Positions 38,534-48,322 are shown, counted from the stretch's first letter. The stretch: DNA of 64,000 nucleotides from Patescibacteria group bacterium (GCA_022711335.1 JAKLFF010000001.1:195016-259015); one strand, 5' to 3'. Numbers and translations: made by a program. Notes: generated by a model from the sequence alone, not told the origin.

Positions 38534-40150
38534 CTATTTTAATGGATGGGCATGTTCCGACTCCAAATCAACATTTGCATTTTTAAAATCAAACCGTGAA
38601 TCAATTTCTTTTTTCAGTTTTACCAAAAATTTTACGAACTTGGAATTTGATTCCGTACTGGAATAGGGAGACATTATATAAGCCTTCAGCGAATATAAAG
38701 GATAGGGATTGGCGCCTGTAGAATTGCTGGGCATTTCATCCAAGTAATAAGGATTTCCCAATTCAGAAATTTTCTTTAGAAAAAATGTTGTATAGTTGTT
38801 TCTAACATTCGCCTCTTCTTCATAGCTAGTGAAAGAAATATTTTGGGGTATGCGAGGCACAAACATAACACAAACGCCCAAACCATTTGAATTGATAATT
38901 TCAAAACTATCCGTTTCTTGCAACTTATTTTGCAAATCAACCGCTACCTCAGTCAGATATGCAACCAAACATTGAAATCCTGTTACTCCAAGAACATTCA
39001 ATGCGACATAGGCCGAATTCGGTCCGTCTCCCGGTCTGGAATTTTCAATAGAATATTTAAATGGCCATCTCCAAAAATCACTGTTTTTATACAAAGATTT
39101 TTTATCTTTTACCATAAAAGCACATGACATATATGGACAAAAACCCATCTTGTGAAAATCTATGCCAAACGAATCAGCCTGATAGAGATCTTTCAAATAT
39201 TTTATTATTTCTGATATCCTTTCCCGCGCTACTGGTTCGATTTTTAAAGGATTCAACTGAAAATCATAATCTTTGAAAAATATCCACGGAAATGCGACAA
39301 CAGCATCCACATGCACATGAGGTGTATAATTTAGATCAAGCTCTTTAACTAATCTGTCTCTTAACGCAACAACTTCTCTAATAGGATCAACAACCATATT
39401 GTTGGTTGATCCTCCTGAGATAATAATAGCGGCAATCTTCTTTCCCTCTTTGCTTTTTTCTCTAATAACTCTTTCCATTTCTACTAGATCAACTCTGCTA
39501 TCCTTGCCAGTTTTTATTTTAAACATGTTGTTTATCCCGATGCCAAGCCAATCAACATCTTGTTTGTGCGCAGGATGTCCTGATGCAGTTGAAAGAACTA
39601 TAACGTCTTCTTTTACGCCTTTCTCCGAAGATTCCGGGGAACAATTTTTTAAGCCTAACTTTATTCCATACATTATTGTTGCTTTTCCTCCCCAAGTAAA
39701 AGCTCCTCCGGCTTCTTGCCAATTCCAGCCGATATATTCAGCAATGGATTTTATAACCTTTTGTTCGATTATTAGGCTATCCCCGCAAGCAGTATCAAGA
39801 CAAAGATTGGGATTGTACAGGGCCGTAAATGTCTTAGCGGCAACAGTAGGCATAACGGGAGAAGCAACGACGTTATACATCGAATTTGGTGAATGCCATC
39901 TGCAAACACCCTGAAATAACTCAGCTATAAGCGCTGAATGTTGCCCTTTTGAGATGCCTTCGCTCGGGATCCTAAAATTCTGAATAGCTGATTCGGCATA
40001 CTCGGCTTTTGAAGACAAAGTGCATTTTGATAAATCAGTAATTTTCAATATTTCATCATGCGTATTTCTAATGTCTTGAAGCAAAGAAGAAATCGAATCC
40101 GTCTCAGGATTATAAAACAAATCTCTTATTTTTTTAGACAATTTAACCAT
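38534..40150 (-). CDS. PLP-dependent group II decarboxylase
   Basis: 538 aa. DFHKMGFCPY matches the PLP-lysine motif (S/D-x-HK) of group II amino-acid decarboxylases. Confidence 0.65.
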   Translation of the reverse strand: MVKLSKKIRDLFYNPETDSISSLLQDIRNTHDEILKITDLSKCTLSSKAEYAESAIQNFRIPSEGISKGQHSALIAELFQGVCRWHSPNSMYNVVASPVMPTVAAKTFTALYNPNLCLDTACGDSLIIEQKVIKSIAEYIGWNWQEAGGAFTWGGKATIMYGIKLGLKNCSPESSEKGVKEDVIVLSTASGHPAHKQDVDWLGIGINNMFKIKTGKDSRVDLVEMERVIREKSKEGKKIAAIIISGGSTNNMVVDPIREVVALRDRLVKELDLNYTPHVHVDAVVAFPWIFFKDYDFQLNPLKIEPVARERISEIIKYLKDLYQADSFGIDFHKMGFCPYMSCAFMVKDKKSLYKNSDFWRWPFKYSIENSRPGDGPNSAYVALNVLGVTGFQCLVAYLTEVAVDLQNKLQETDSFEIINSNGLGVCVMFVPRIPQNISFTSYEEEANVRNNYTTFFLKKISELGNPYYLDEMPSNSTGANPYPLYSLKAYIMSPYSSTESNSKFVKFLVKLKKEIDSRFDFKNANVDLESEHAHPLK

Positions 40151-40188
40151 AAGGTTTTCGAGAGTTTAAAAACTTGGTAAATCTTCAA

Positions 40189-41349
40189 TTATCTTAACGT
40201 GACTCCTAAATCTTTTTCTGTCATTTTGCGAATTTCCTCTTGAATTTTATTTATCTCTTCATTAGTCAAAGTTCTTTCCATTGAACGATAAATTATGCGA
40301 AATGTGTAACTTTTTTTGCCTTCACCAAATTTTTCTTCATTTTCATATTCATCCAATAATTTAACCTCTTCAATCAGATCATTCGAATAGTCTCTAACAA
40401 TTTCATAATAATTGTTAAGACTTATGTTTTTGTCAATGATAAACGAAATGTCTCTCATTGTAGCTGGGAATTTGCTGACCTCTTCAAACTTACTATTTAT
40501 ATCTCGAAACTGACTGGTAATCCTCGGGTCATTCGACCATAAAACTCTGATGTCGCCAATATCCATCTTTATCATTGCCAATCTTTCTCCAAAACCGAAA
40601 GCCCAGCCGTTGTAAACTTCCGGATCCAAACCGAAATTTCTCAAAACGATCGGGTTTACTAATCCAGCTCCATTTACCTCCATCCAATCCCCGTTAAATT
40701 TAATGTCCATTTCAAGACTCTGTACCGTATAGGGAAATGTGTCTTCAATGAATTTATACTCTATATCTGAACCGAAAATACCCTTAGCCAAATCGACTTG
40801 TACGCTCTTTAGATCGTTTTGTGTTATAACTTTTTTTTCTTTTTTGCAAATTAGTAACCCATCAATTTGATGGAAAGCTGGATAATGGCTTCTGTCAATT
40901 TCGTCCTTTCTAAAAACGATACCAGGCGCCAGAGCCTTTATTTCCCCCTCACGCTCTAATCTTTTTAGAACTTCTGGGTCTTTCAGATAAAAAGACCAGA
41001 AAGCCGTCATTTGAGTTCGCAAGATATGATCCTTATCTAAGTAGTAAGTATCTGTTTCATTTCTGGAGGGATGATCCTTCGGTGCATTCAATAAATCAAA
41101 ACACTGTTCAACGGTAACTACTCGAGGAAATTCTACAATATCGAAATCTTTAAATGTCGACAGATTGATTATCTGATCGAATAAAATTTTTACAGGCGAG
41201 TTTTCTTTTTTAGAAAGATCCGGCAGTGCTAAAAATCTTTTTATACGCTCTGCTTTTGTATCATTTCTTTTATTCAATCCGTCAATCAATGTTTTTTCAT
41301 TTTTGTTCTCTATTATAATTTTTCTCATATTTGATTTGCTAAGTTTCAC
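40189..41349 (-). CDS. Monomeric-type phenylalanyl-tRNA synthetase paralog: PheS-like catalytic core fused to a PheT-like C-terminal FDX-ACB anticodon-binding domain
   Basis: 386 aa. It aligns by eye to the window's own pheS across motif 1, motif 2 (FRKDEIDRSHYPAFHQ versus FRNEATDTTHEHTFHQ) and motif 3 (GWAFGFGERLAMI versus GFAWGIGLERLAMM). The C-terminal segment FPATMRDISFIIDKNI...EGKKSYTFRIIYRSMERTLTNEEINKIQEEI matches the PheT FDX-ACB consensus (FPAVxRDLAFVVD...GKKSLAFRLTFRS.ERTLTDEEV). Confidence 0.75.
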   Translation of the reverse strand: MKLSKSNMRKIIIENKNEKTLIDGLNKRNDTKAERIKRFLALPDLSKKENSPVKILFDQIINLSTFKDFDIVEFPRVVTVEQCFDLLNAPKDHPSRNETDTYYLDKDHILRTQMTAFWSFYLKDPEVLKRLEREGEIKALAPGIVFRKDEIDRSHYPAFHQIDGLLICKKEKKVITQNDLKSVQVDLAKGIFGSDIEYKFIEDTFPYTVQSLEMDIKFNGDWMEVNGAGLVNPIVLRNFGLDPEVYNGWAFGFGERLAMIKMDIGDIRVLWSNDPRITSQFRDINSKFEEVSKFPATMRDISFIIDKNISLNNYYEIVRDYSNDLIEEVKLLDEYENEEKFGEGKKSYTFRIIYRSMERTLTNEEINKIQEEIRKMTEKDLGVTLR

Positions 41350-41458
41350 CCTGTGGCATTAACTTAATATCTTATTATTTCATAAATATTACCTTTTAAA
41401 ATGGTTTTTGTCAAAATTTGTGTAATAAATTTGAAATCATAAAATTAGAATGATTTTG

Positions 41459-42316
41459 TCATCCCAAGTCTCTCATATCGGGCTCGCCTTCTATAAATTC
41501 TGATTCAAGGCCAATATTTTCAAAATACTCCGTCATTTTTATACAAGCAAATTTTTCGGTCGAGTAATGCGTTCCGCCAATCATGTTTATTTTATTTTCC
41601 TTGGCAATTTTGTGAGCTTCAATCGACGGCTCATAATTATTATGGAATGTCACGCCGGTCAGAAACGTATTGATACCAAGCCGCGCGATTTCGGAAAGTA
41701 TTTCATTATCACATCCTCCGCCAGCCACCATCGCTACTTTGCCGTCTTTTATTTCTGACTCACCGTAGTTCCATATTTTAACCTCGTGACCGACAGCATT
41801 CTTGAATACCTCCACTAATTCGGAAATATTTTTACAATCCGTTTTACCGATCACGCCACTTAAAAATCCGAAATATTCAGCGAACTCGTCCATCTGATCC
41901 AGACCAAGCGCTTTTGCAAAATTAACCGACGTGGAATATTCTCCGTTCCTATCAAGCGGAGTGTGCATGGTATAAATTGAGATCTTGTTTTCTTTGAATT
42001 TTTGGAGTAAATCACCGTTCAGATTCACAAACGGCGATTGGCTCTTCTTAATCTTCCAATCTACTGGATGATGCGTAAAAAGCAGAATATTTTGTTCTCT
42101 CTTTTCTAAAAGTTCCTGCATAATTTTCTCGCTCGGAAAAACAGCTGTGTAGGTCTTAGTGATTTCATCCGTATTATCCGCCAGAATTCCCATATACCTT
42201 CTCCTGAAATTTTCCGTAACAAATTTCGGGTCAAATTCAACATTGCTCCAATCGTCTTGGCATTTTTCGAGTTCAAAGTCAGTTTCTAATTTTTGATATA
42301 AGTCCTTAGCATTCAT
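41459..42316 (-). CDS. NIF3-family dinuclear metal-centre protein (YqfO-like)
   Basis: 285 aa. The metal-ligand motifs LLFTHHP...YTMHTPLD fit NIF3. Confidence 0.65.
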   Translation of the reverse strand: MNAKDLYQKLETDFELEKCQDDWSNVEFDPKFVTENFRRRYMGILADNTDEITKTYTAVFPSEKIMQELLEKREQNILLFTHHPVDWKIKKSQSPFVNLNGDLLQKFKENKISIYTMHTPLDRNGEYSTSVNFAKALGLDQMDEFAEYFGFLSGVIGKTDCKNISELVEVFKNAVGHEVKIWNYGESEIKDGKVAMVAGGGCDNEILSEIARLGINTFLTGVTFHNNYEPSIEAHKIAKENKINMIGGTHYSTEKFACIKMTEYFENIGLESEFIEGEPDMRDLG

Positions 42317-42320
42317 AAAA

Positions 42321-43118
42321 TTAAATTAACTTGTATATTTTTTCGGCATTGACTGAAAATATTTTTTCTTCAATCTCTTTTTCTAAACTTAACGACTTTA
42401 CCAGTTCGATATGATCTTCAATCTTACACATCGGCCAATCAGTACCAAAAAGAATTTTGTCCGGCCGGTCGGCGATAGTCTTTTTCAGTATTTCTCTTAT
42501 CTTTTCAATTCCTCCGCTTTTTCCGATCACTTCCTCATCCGCCAAGGCCGCTATTTCAAAGTAAATATTTGGAACATCTTTCGTAATTTCATAGCAATAT
42601 TCAAGCTTTGGCCAATAATAATGAGTAATAATAACTTTTAGTTTCGGATATCTCCTGGCTACTTCAATAATATATTTCGGATCATTCCACTTGGCGCATT
42701 CGCTATCGCCTGAGTTTTCTCCTGTATGAAACAAAACTGGAACATCTAATTTTTCACATAGCTCGTAATACGGCAAACATCTTTCATCGGTTGGATAATA
42801 CGGATCATGACCTGGAAAAAATTTAAGTCCTTTGATTTTTTTATCTTCCAAAAGTCGTTTGTATTTTTCCGCCTCACCCGATCTTCTTTGGATGATTTGC
42901 GGGCTGCCGAGCAAAAACAGATTTTCACGTTTACCGATCAAATCAATGACTTTATCCAGATCGGCAATTTGATCACTTCCCTCAACATTGTCCGGAATAA
43001 TAATGGCCGCGTCTATATTATTTTTTTTCATTTCATCCAAATATAATCTAAAAGCCTCTTCAAGAGAGGCCGCGTTTTTACCATATTTGGAAATGTGAAC
43101 ATGGGAATCAATAACCAT
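42321..43118 (-). CDS. Metal-dependent amidohydrolase (TIM-barrel, Amidohydro_2-like)
   Basis: 265 aa. Starts MVIDSHVHI; a later HTGE...D pattern is present. Confidence 0.6.
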   Translation of the reverse strand: MVIDSHVHISKYGKNAASLEEAFRLYLDEMKKNNIDAAIIIPDNVEGSDQIADLDKVIDLIGKRENLFLLGSPQIIQRRSGEAEKYKRLLEDKKIKGLKFFPGHDPYYPTDERCLPYYELCEKLDVPVLFHTGENSGDSECAKWNDPKYIIEVARRYPKLKVIITHYYWPKLEYCYEITKDVPNIYFEIAALADEEVIGKSGGIEKIREILKKTIADRPDKILFGTDWPMCKIEDHIELVKSLSLEKEIEEKIFSVNAEKIYKLI

Positions 43119-43136
43119 ATATTCTCAGCATACTTT

Positions 43137-43520
43137 TTATTTCCTATTCTCCAAGAACTTTTTTATCCTGTCTGCCATTTCTTGGGGAATTGTTTCTGAC
43201 TTGATAATATAATCGGCAGCGCCAAGTTTTTCCGCCCTATCCTTATACTCTTTCTTGTCTGTATTAGTGAAAACAAAAACTGGAATATCCTTGGTGCTTG
43301 GATCTTTTTTCAACTTCTCCATTATATCCAATCCGTTCTCGTGCCAAAGTATTATGTCTAAAAGAACGATATCCGGTCTATCCAGAGAAACCATTTTCAA
43401 AGCATCGGCAATATTGGTAGCCGGTATTGTAAGAAGACCCTTTACATTGAAAACCTGTTGAAAAAGAAATAGTTGCTCTGGATCGTCTTCAACAAGTAAA
43501 ACTTTTATTATATCAGACAT
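43137..43520 (-). CDS. Single-domain response regulator (CheY-like receiver)
   Basis: 127 aa. VLLVEDDPEQ...D(54)IIL carries the phospho-acceptor Asp; a later K is present. Confidence 0.8.
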   Translation of the reverse strand: MSDIIKVLLVEDDPEQLFLFQQVFNVKGLLTIPATNIADALKMVSLDRPDIVLLDIILWHENGLDIMEKLKKDPSTKDIPVFVFTNTDKKEYKDRAEKLGAADYIIKSETIPQEMADRIKKFLENRK

Positions 43521-43542
43521 ATTTTTTTCTTTTTTCTAATGA

Positions 43543-45339
43543 TTACATTTTTATGTCTGCCCTTTTTTTGATATATTCCTTTATATCCACCTTGTTCTTA
43601 GGTTTGATTGGCAGCTTCACAAAAAATTCCGCTCCTTTGCCAAGTTCGCTTTCTACCCAAACTTTTCCACCGTGTCCCTCCACAATTTCCTTGATAATGA
43701 ATAATCCCAACCCTGTTCCGTCAGTATACATATCTACAGCATTTTGAGCACGGGCAAATTTTTTGAACAAATTTGGAATTTCTTCAGCTGGAATTCCAAT
43801 TCCATTGTCTTTAACCGAGAAAATGACATCGTCACCATCCCTGCGATTTCCAATAATTATTGTTGCCTTGCCATCCCGCTTATCGCGGACATCAGGCGTT
43901 TGTTTCGGTGAAGGCGTGTATTTGATAGCATTGGTCAGTAAATTGGAAAACGCCTCTTCCAGATATTTCCTTTGCCCAAAAACTTCCGGTACGCTTGCAT
44001 CCAAATCGCCTATCGACAAATCAATCTCCCTTTCCAGTGTTTCCGCCTTGAACCCGTCAATCATTTTTTCAAAAAATTCTTTGACATCTATCTTTTCTAT
44101 TTCCTTGTCCATAACATTGAATTTCTTGTTGGTCAGAGAAGTGGCATTCAAAATATCATTAATAATATCTTCCAGTTTTTGACACTTTGACCTGGCGCCA
44201 TCATAAAACTTCTTCTTTTGTTCTCCGTTAAACGAATCCATTGTTCCGTCCTGAAGCATTGAAATTGTCCCTTTGATGACAGTAATAGGAGTTCTTAATT
44301 GATGCGAAGCAATATTGATAAATTCATTTTTGGCCTGATCGGCTTTTTTTAATTCGACATTGGCAACCTCCAACTGATCATTCTGGCTGGATATTTTTGC
44401 ATTTGCAATTTTTAATTCTTCTTTTTGCTTAATTTCAGCCTTTACGGATTTTACCAACCACCAACCAAATGTTGATACGATTGCCAATGTTACGGCCGTA
44501 AGAATCCTGTTGGTAGAGTCTTGAATAAATGCAAACTGAGAAGCAATAAGTATAATAGTTCCTATTACCAATGCTTGAGCAGCAAAAAGTTTTATATGAA
44601 ACGCTCTATATCGAACAATCAAATACGCCAATAATCCGATAAATATATCCATGCCGAACAGACCGTAATATTCAAGTCGCGAATCGGACAATATACCCAA
44701 GTCGGTAAGATATGCCGCTAGAAATGTTACCATAAAGAAAGAAAAGAGAAATAATTCCATTCCCAATCCCATGAGCCATATCTGTTTCTTAAAATCAACT
44801 TCTGATTTTCGATATTTGCGAATGAGCAGAACGAGTATCCAAGTCATTGCTAATATTCCGAAAAAGACGCGGGAGAACTGAAACAAGGGTCCTTCAAACA
44901 TAAACGCATCGCAATTTGTTATATTAAACCCACTTAAATTTATACTGGTCGGGGATAAAACAATGATAGGAACTGTGAGTATTAAAAAAATACTTTTAAG
45001 CAGAGTAGATACGTCTTTCTTTTCCAGAAAAACGTAAATAAAATATATGCTGAGAATAGATATGAGAGTGGATAATACCCGAAGAAAAGACCACACAAAC
45101 AACATAAGATCGCTATAAATATTTGTCCATAAAATAAGATTTGAAATTACCCAAAGAGAAAAGCATACAGAAATAGCAAATAATAATTTATTTATCAGAA
45201 ATTGTTTACCTTTCCAAAAAACAAAAAAACCAACCAGGAGTGCAATTATGGCTGTTGGTATATGCGAATAATACAGAAGTGCTGGCACATCCGAAGAAAA
45301 TAAAAAATATAGAGGTTTTGAGAATGAATAGCAGATCAT
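43543..45339 (-). CDS. Membrane sensor histidine kinase
   Basis: 598 aa. Seven or eight N-terminal TM helices, a HisKA box (IASHQLRTPIT) and a HATPase_c region (DNGIGIP, GTGLGL). Confidence 0.85.
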   Translation of the reverse strand: MICYSFSKPLYFLFSSDVPALLYYSHIPTAIIALLVGFFVFWKGKQFLINKLLFAISVCFSLWVISNLILWTNIYSDLMLFVWSFLRVLSTLISILSIYFIYVFLEKKDVSTLLKSIFLILTVPIIVLSPTSINLSGFNITNCDAFMFEGPLFQFSRVFFGILAMTWILVLLIRKYRKSEVDFKKQIWLMGLGMELFLFSFFMVTFLAAYLTDLGILSDSRLEYYGLFGMDIFIGLLAYLIVRYRAFHIKLFAAQALVIGTIILIASQFAFIQDSTNRILTAVTLAIVSTFGWWLVKSVKAEIKQKEELKIANAKISSQNDQLEVANVELKKADQAKNEFINIASHQLRTPITVIKGTISMLQDGTMDSFNGEQKKKFYDGARSKCQKLEDIINDILNATSLTNKKFNVMDKEIEKIDVKEFFEKMIDGFKAETLEREIDLSIGDLDASVPEVFGQRKYLEEAFSNLLTNAIKYTPSPKQTPDVRDKRDGKATIIIGNRRDGDDVIFSVKDNGIGIPAEEIPNLFKKFARAQNAVDMYTDGTGLGLFIIKEIVEGHGGKVWVESELGKGAEFFVKLPIKPKNKVDIKEYIKKRADIKM

Positions 45340-45773
45340 AAGTTGTCGTTATTTATTTCATTATTTTGTGGAGATTCTTCTTCGGTACTGTCTTTGTTGT
45401 TTTGAATATCGACCTCTGTTGCACAAGCATCACCGTCAACTTCGGGATCGCAATATGTTTTGGAACAATCGTGATCTCCCAGAAGGCACGAACTAGCTGC
45501 CTCGCAATCAGTTATATCCTCACCACATTCTTTGTATAAATCGGGTGAATATTTTACCATTTTTGAGTAATAGTATTTTTCGGTGCAAGCATCATCGCTA
45601 CAACCCGCAAAACATTTATTTCCATTTACAGCAAGATCACAGGCTCCTTCATATCCAACCAAGTAGTCTTGTTTGGTCATAAAACGATAATAAGAAAAAA
45701 CACCAGCCATAAAGACAAGTGCTACAAGTATGTAGAGAAAGGAGTGATTGTGAATTTTTTGTTTTATATCCAT
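45336..45773 (-). CDS. Cys-rich exported/membrane-anchored protein
   Basis: 145 aa with one TM, then a CxxC-rich acidic domain. Confidence 0.45.
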   Translation of the reverse strand: MDIKQKIHNHSFLYILVALVFMAGVFSYYRFMTKQDYLVGYEGACDLAVNGNKCFAGCSDDACTEKYYYSKMVKYSPDLYKECGEDITDCEAASSCLLGDHDCSKTYCDPEVDGDACATEVDIQNNKDSTEEESPQNNEINNDNL

Positions 45774-45846
45774 AGTCGTTTGCTACATTAATATTATACA
45801 CAAATAATGTTGCTTACGCAATAAGAAGACAAGAGTCCTTCTGTAT

Positions 45847-46806
45847 TTACTTTTTGACAACGTCTTTCGTGTAGTTCTTAAAATCATTCTCCTGGGCATC
45901 ATTAAGCGAAACCGTATACCTTTTGAGAAAATCAACCGGGCGATAACCTAATTTTGTTTCCCTTAAATTTTTGATATTTAAGTCTTGTTGCCAATTCCAC
46001 AATTTAATATCAAGAGTTGTCAGATATCGGGCTAATTCCCTATTAAAAAATTCGTATATACCGCTAAAAGAATTATCGGCTTTGATAAAGTGAGATACCG
46101 CATTTCGATTGGGCAATGTTTCATCGATACCAAAGCAAAGCATTGTGCCATGCAAAAAAACGCAGGATAAAATCAGCTCATGGCTTTTGGCATTTTCCAA
46201 TAAACGACGGAGTGCTTTTTCCTCAAATCTTAGATCGCATGTTTTATTTTGCAATTTTTTTCGACACTCCCATTGTCGCAATGTAAGATAAATTTTGCTT
46301 TGTATCGATAAATCGCTCGGATCTTTTAATCGAAAAACTGCATCGGGATATTCTTTTGAAAATTTTTTAGCAAGACGCCTAAGATCTTTAAACTTAGCGC
46401 CTTGGAGTTCGGATAACTTAGACGGAGAAAATAAGTAATCAAAATTATTGCGATCCTCTTCCACAAGCAAATTTGCAGATTGCAAATGCTTGATTGATTC
46501 TTCCGTTATGAAACGAAGTTTGGGACATATTTTTGAATTGCAAGCAAAAGTCAAAAGCGTGAATGCGGTACTTTCACATTTATTAGTGCCCAAAAAAGAA
46601 AGAAATGGCTCTTTTGTTTCATAGTCCGTAAAACGAATAACCAAATTTCCATTCAGTTTCGCTATTTCACGATCAGCTCTTATATCCCACGCCCATAGAT
46701 TAGTAAAATTAAAAGCCGAATACGGTGGAAATTTTGAAACAAATCTTTCGATCTCTTTTTTGTCCGACAGCTCAAGTTTTTTGAAATTCGGGAATTCAGG
46801 TATCAT
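45847..46806 (-). CDS. Putative aminoacyl-tRNA-dependent transferase (DUF2156/MprF C-terminal LPG-synthase-like)
   Basis: 319 aa. The assignment is by pattern recall only: an N-terminal ...SAFNFTNLWAWD... segment, a domain of about 300 aa and a GNAT-like layout. No search was run. Confidence 0.4.
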   Translation of the reverse strand: MIPEFPNFKKLELSDKKEIERFVSKFPPYSAFNFTNLWAWDIRADREIAKLNGNLVIRFTDYETKEPFLSFLGTNKCESTAFTLLTFACNSKICPKLRFITEESIKHLQSANLLVEEDRNNFDYLFSPSKLSELQGAKFKDLRRLAKKFSKEYPDAVFRLKDPSDLSIQSKIYLTLRQWECRKKLQNKTCDLRFEEKALRRLLENAKSHELILSCVFLHGTMLCFGIDETLPNRNAVSHFIKADNSFSGIYEFFNRELARYLTTLDIKLWNWQQDLNIKNLRETKLGYRPVDFLKRYTVSLNDAQENDFKNYTKDVVKK

Positions 46807-46828
46807 ATTTCAATATGTCGAATTAATT

Positions 46829-47749
46829 TTATTTATAAAAAAGTAGAAGATAGGTGCCGGTTCCTGTTATGCCAATTGCGATGATTTTCTGCCAAACATG
46901 TTTCAGTTCCATTTTCTCAACTACTATCATCGGAAAGAAAACGGTCAGTATCGCGCCAATAATGAAAACGAAAATTGGCTGAAATGATTCCGCAAGCAAT
47001 ACAAGCCCAACTGGGGCGAGAAGATACGCGTAAGCAACGGACACGTCTCCCAATATGTATATAAACTCATTGAAAACATTTAGTGATAAAATATTTTTAG
47101 AGTTATTTTTTAACGCCAATATGAAATTTTCACGATAAGAGCGCATAAAAATAAATATACCGATACCCGTCAATAAGAGCATGGAGTGTCCCCAGAACAA
47201 CGACCTCCAGAGATTTTCTTCAAGTGCTACCGCTTTAAAAATAGTTCCGCCCGATGCCCAAAAAAAAGAAGCCGCCAGCATCGGTATGACAGTACTTTTT
47301 CGAAGTTTGAAATGATTATCCGAATCTATTTCAAAAGCGATGATTGTCGTACCGAAAATAATGATCGCCATGGAAATTAACTGCATGTGAGTTAAAACTT
47401 CCCCAAGCAAAAGATAACCCAATATAGCTCCGAACACAGGAACAAGCTGGTAAAATACTATCACTATGGAGGTTTCTTCGTTCTTAAGGGCTATCAAATA
47501 ACACCACAGCACCCCCACGCTCAACATGCCTCTGACTGCAAGAATAAGAATATTTGTAAAACTAACATCCAGCACTGTTCTGTCCATGAAAAAGAAAAAA
47601 GGTAATGCAAATACGGAAATCAAAGAAGAGAAAAGCAAGATAGTGCCGATCCCGCTCTTTTTAAAATATCTCTCCAAGAGAATTTTATCTATATAATTTG
47701 TCAGAGCATACAAAAACGGCCCGATAAGGGCGATAAAAAACCAGGTCAT
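46829..47749 (-). CDS. EamA/DMT-family transporter
   Basis: 306 aa. About 10 TM helices in two EamA-like halves. Confidence 0.75.
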   Translation of the reverse strand: MTWFFIALIGPFLYALTNYIDKILLERYFKKSGIGTILLFSSLISVFALPFFFFMDRTVLDVSFTNILILAVRGMLSVGVLWCYLIALKNEETSIVIVFYQLVPVFGAILGYLLLGEVLTHMQLISMAIIIFGTTIIAFEIDSDNHFKLRKSTVIPMLAASFFWASGGTIFKAVALEENLWRSLFWGHSMLLLTGIGIFIFMRSYRENFILALKNNSKNILSLNVFNEFIYILGDVSVAYAYLLAPVGLVLLAESFQPIFVFIIGAILTVFFPMIVVEKMELKHVWQKIIAIGITGTGTYLLLFYK

Positions 47750-47974
47750 ATAATTTCTACATATCTAGTAAACTTTAAAATTTCCAATATTTCTTTTTTA
47801 TCCATGTTTTCAATTGTTTATTGCTGATTAAAATATATCACATCCTAGGGCTTTTTCAAGCCTTCAACATCGGATGTAAAATTTTGGTCAAGAAAAAGTA
47901 TACTAGGCCCAAATGGCGCCACAAAAAAAAGAGACTACTGAGTCTCAATAGCCTCCGAGATAAAATGCATGATT

Positions 47975-48322
47975 TTATAATCCCTTAATTCTTTTTTTTC
48001 TTGGTTTCAGCAAAATATTGCAGTGATCATGAACATACATCAAATCACTGATAATTCCTTTTAATGTTTTGTCATGTCTTTTCTGCCATCCCTTTATAGA
48101 AATGTCCTCTCTGATCAGGTTTAAGATTGTTGCCATTTGAGCATGTAACTCATTGTTCTGAATATTAAATTCCAATTGTTTCTTGCGTTGATTATCCACG
48201 TCTTTATGATTTTTTAAATGCAAAAAAGGTCTCCCGTCGGCGGCACCCTTGCGGGCACCCAACACCCTTTCGAGCATTGACCCATGTGAACAGATACCGA
48301 TCAGAAGACCGTTTTTGTTCAC
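47975..48322 (-). CDS. Hypothetical protein
   Basis: 115-aa ORF. Its 5' end overlaps a long hairpin (48281-48327). Confidence 0.3.
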   Translation of the reverse strand: MNKNGLLIGICSHGSMLERVLGARKGAADGRPFLHLKNHKDVDNQRKKQLEFNIQNNELHAQMATILNLIREDISIKGWQKRHDKTLKGIISDLMYVHDHCNILLKPRKKRIKGL

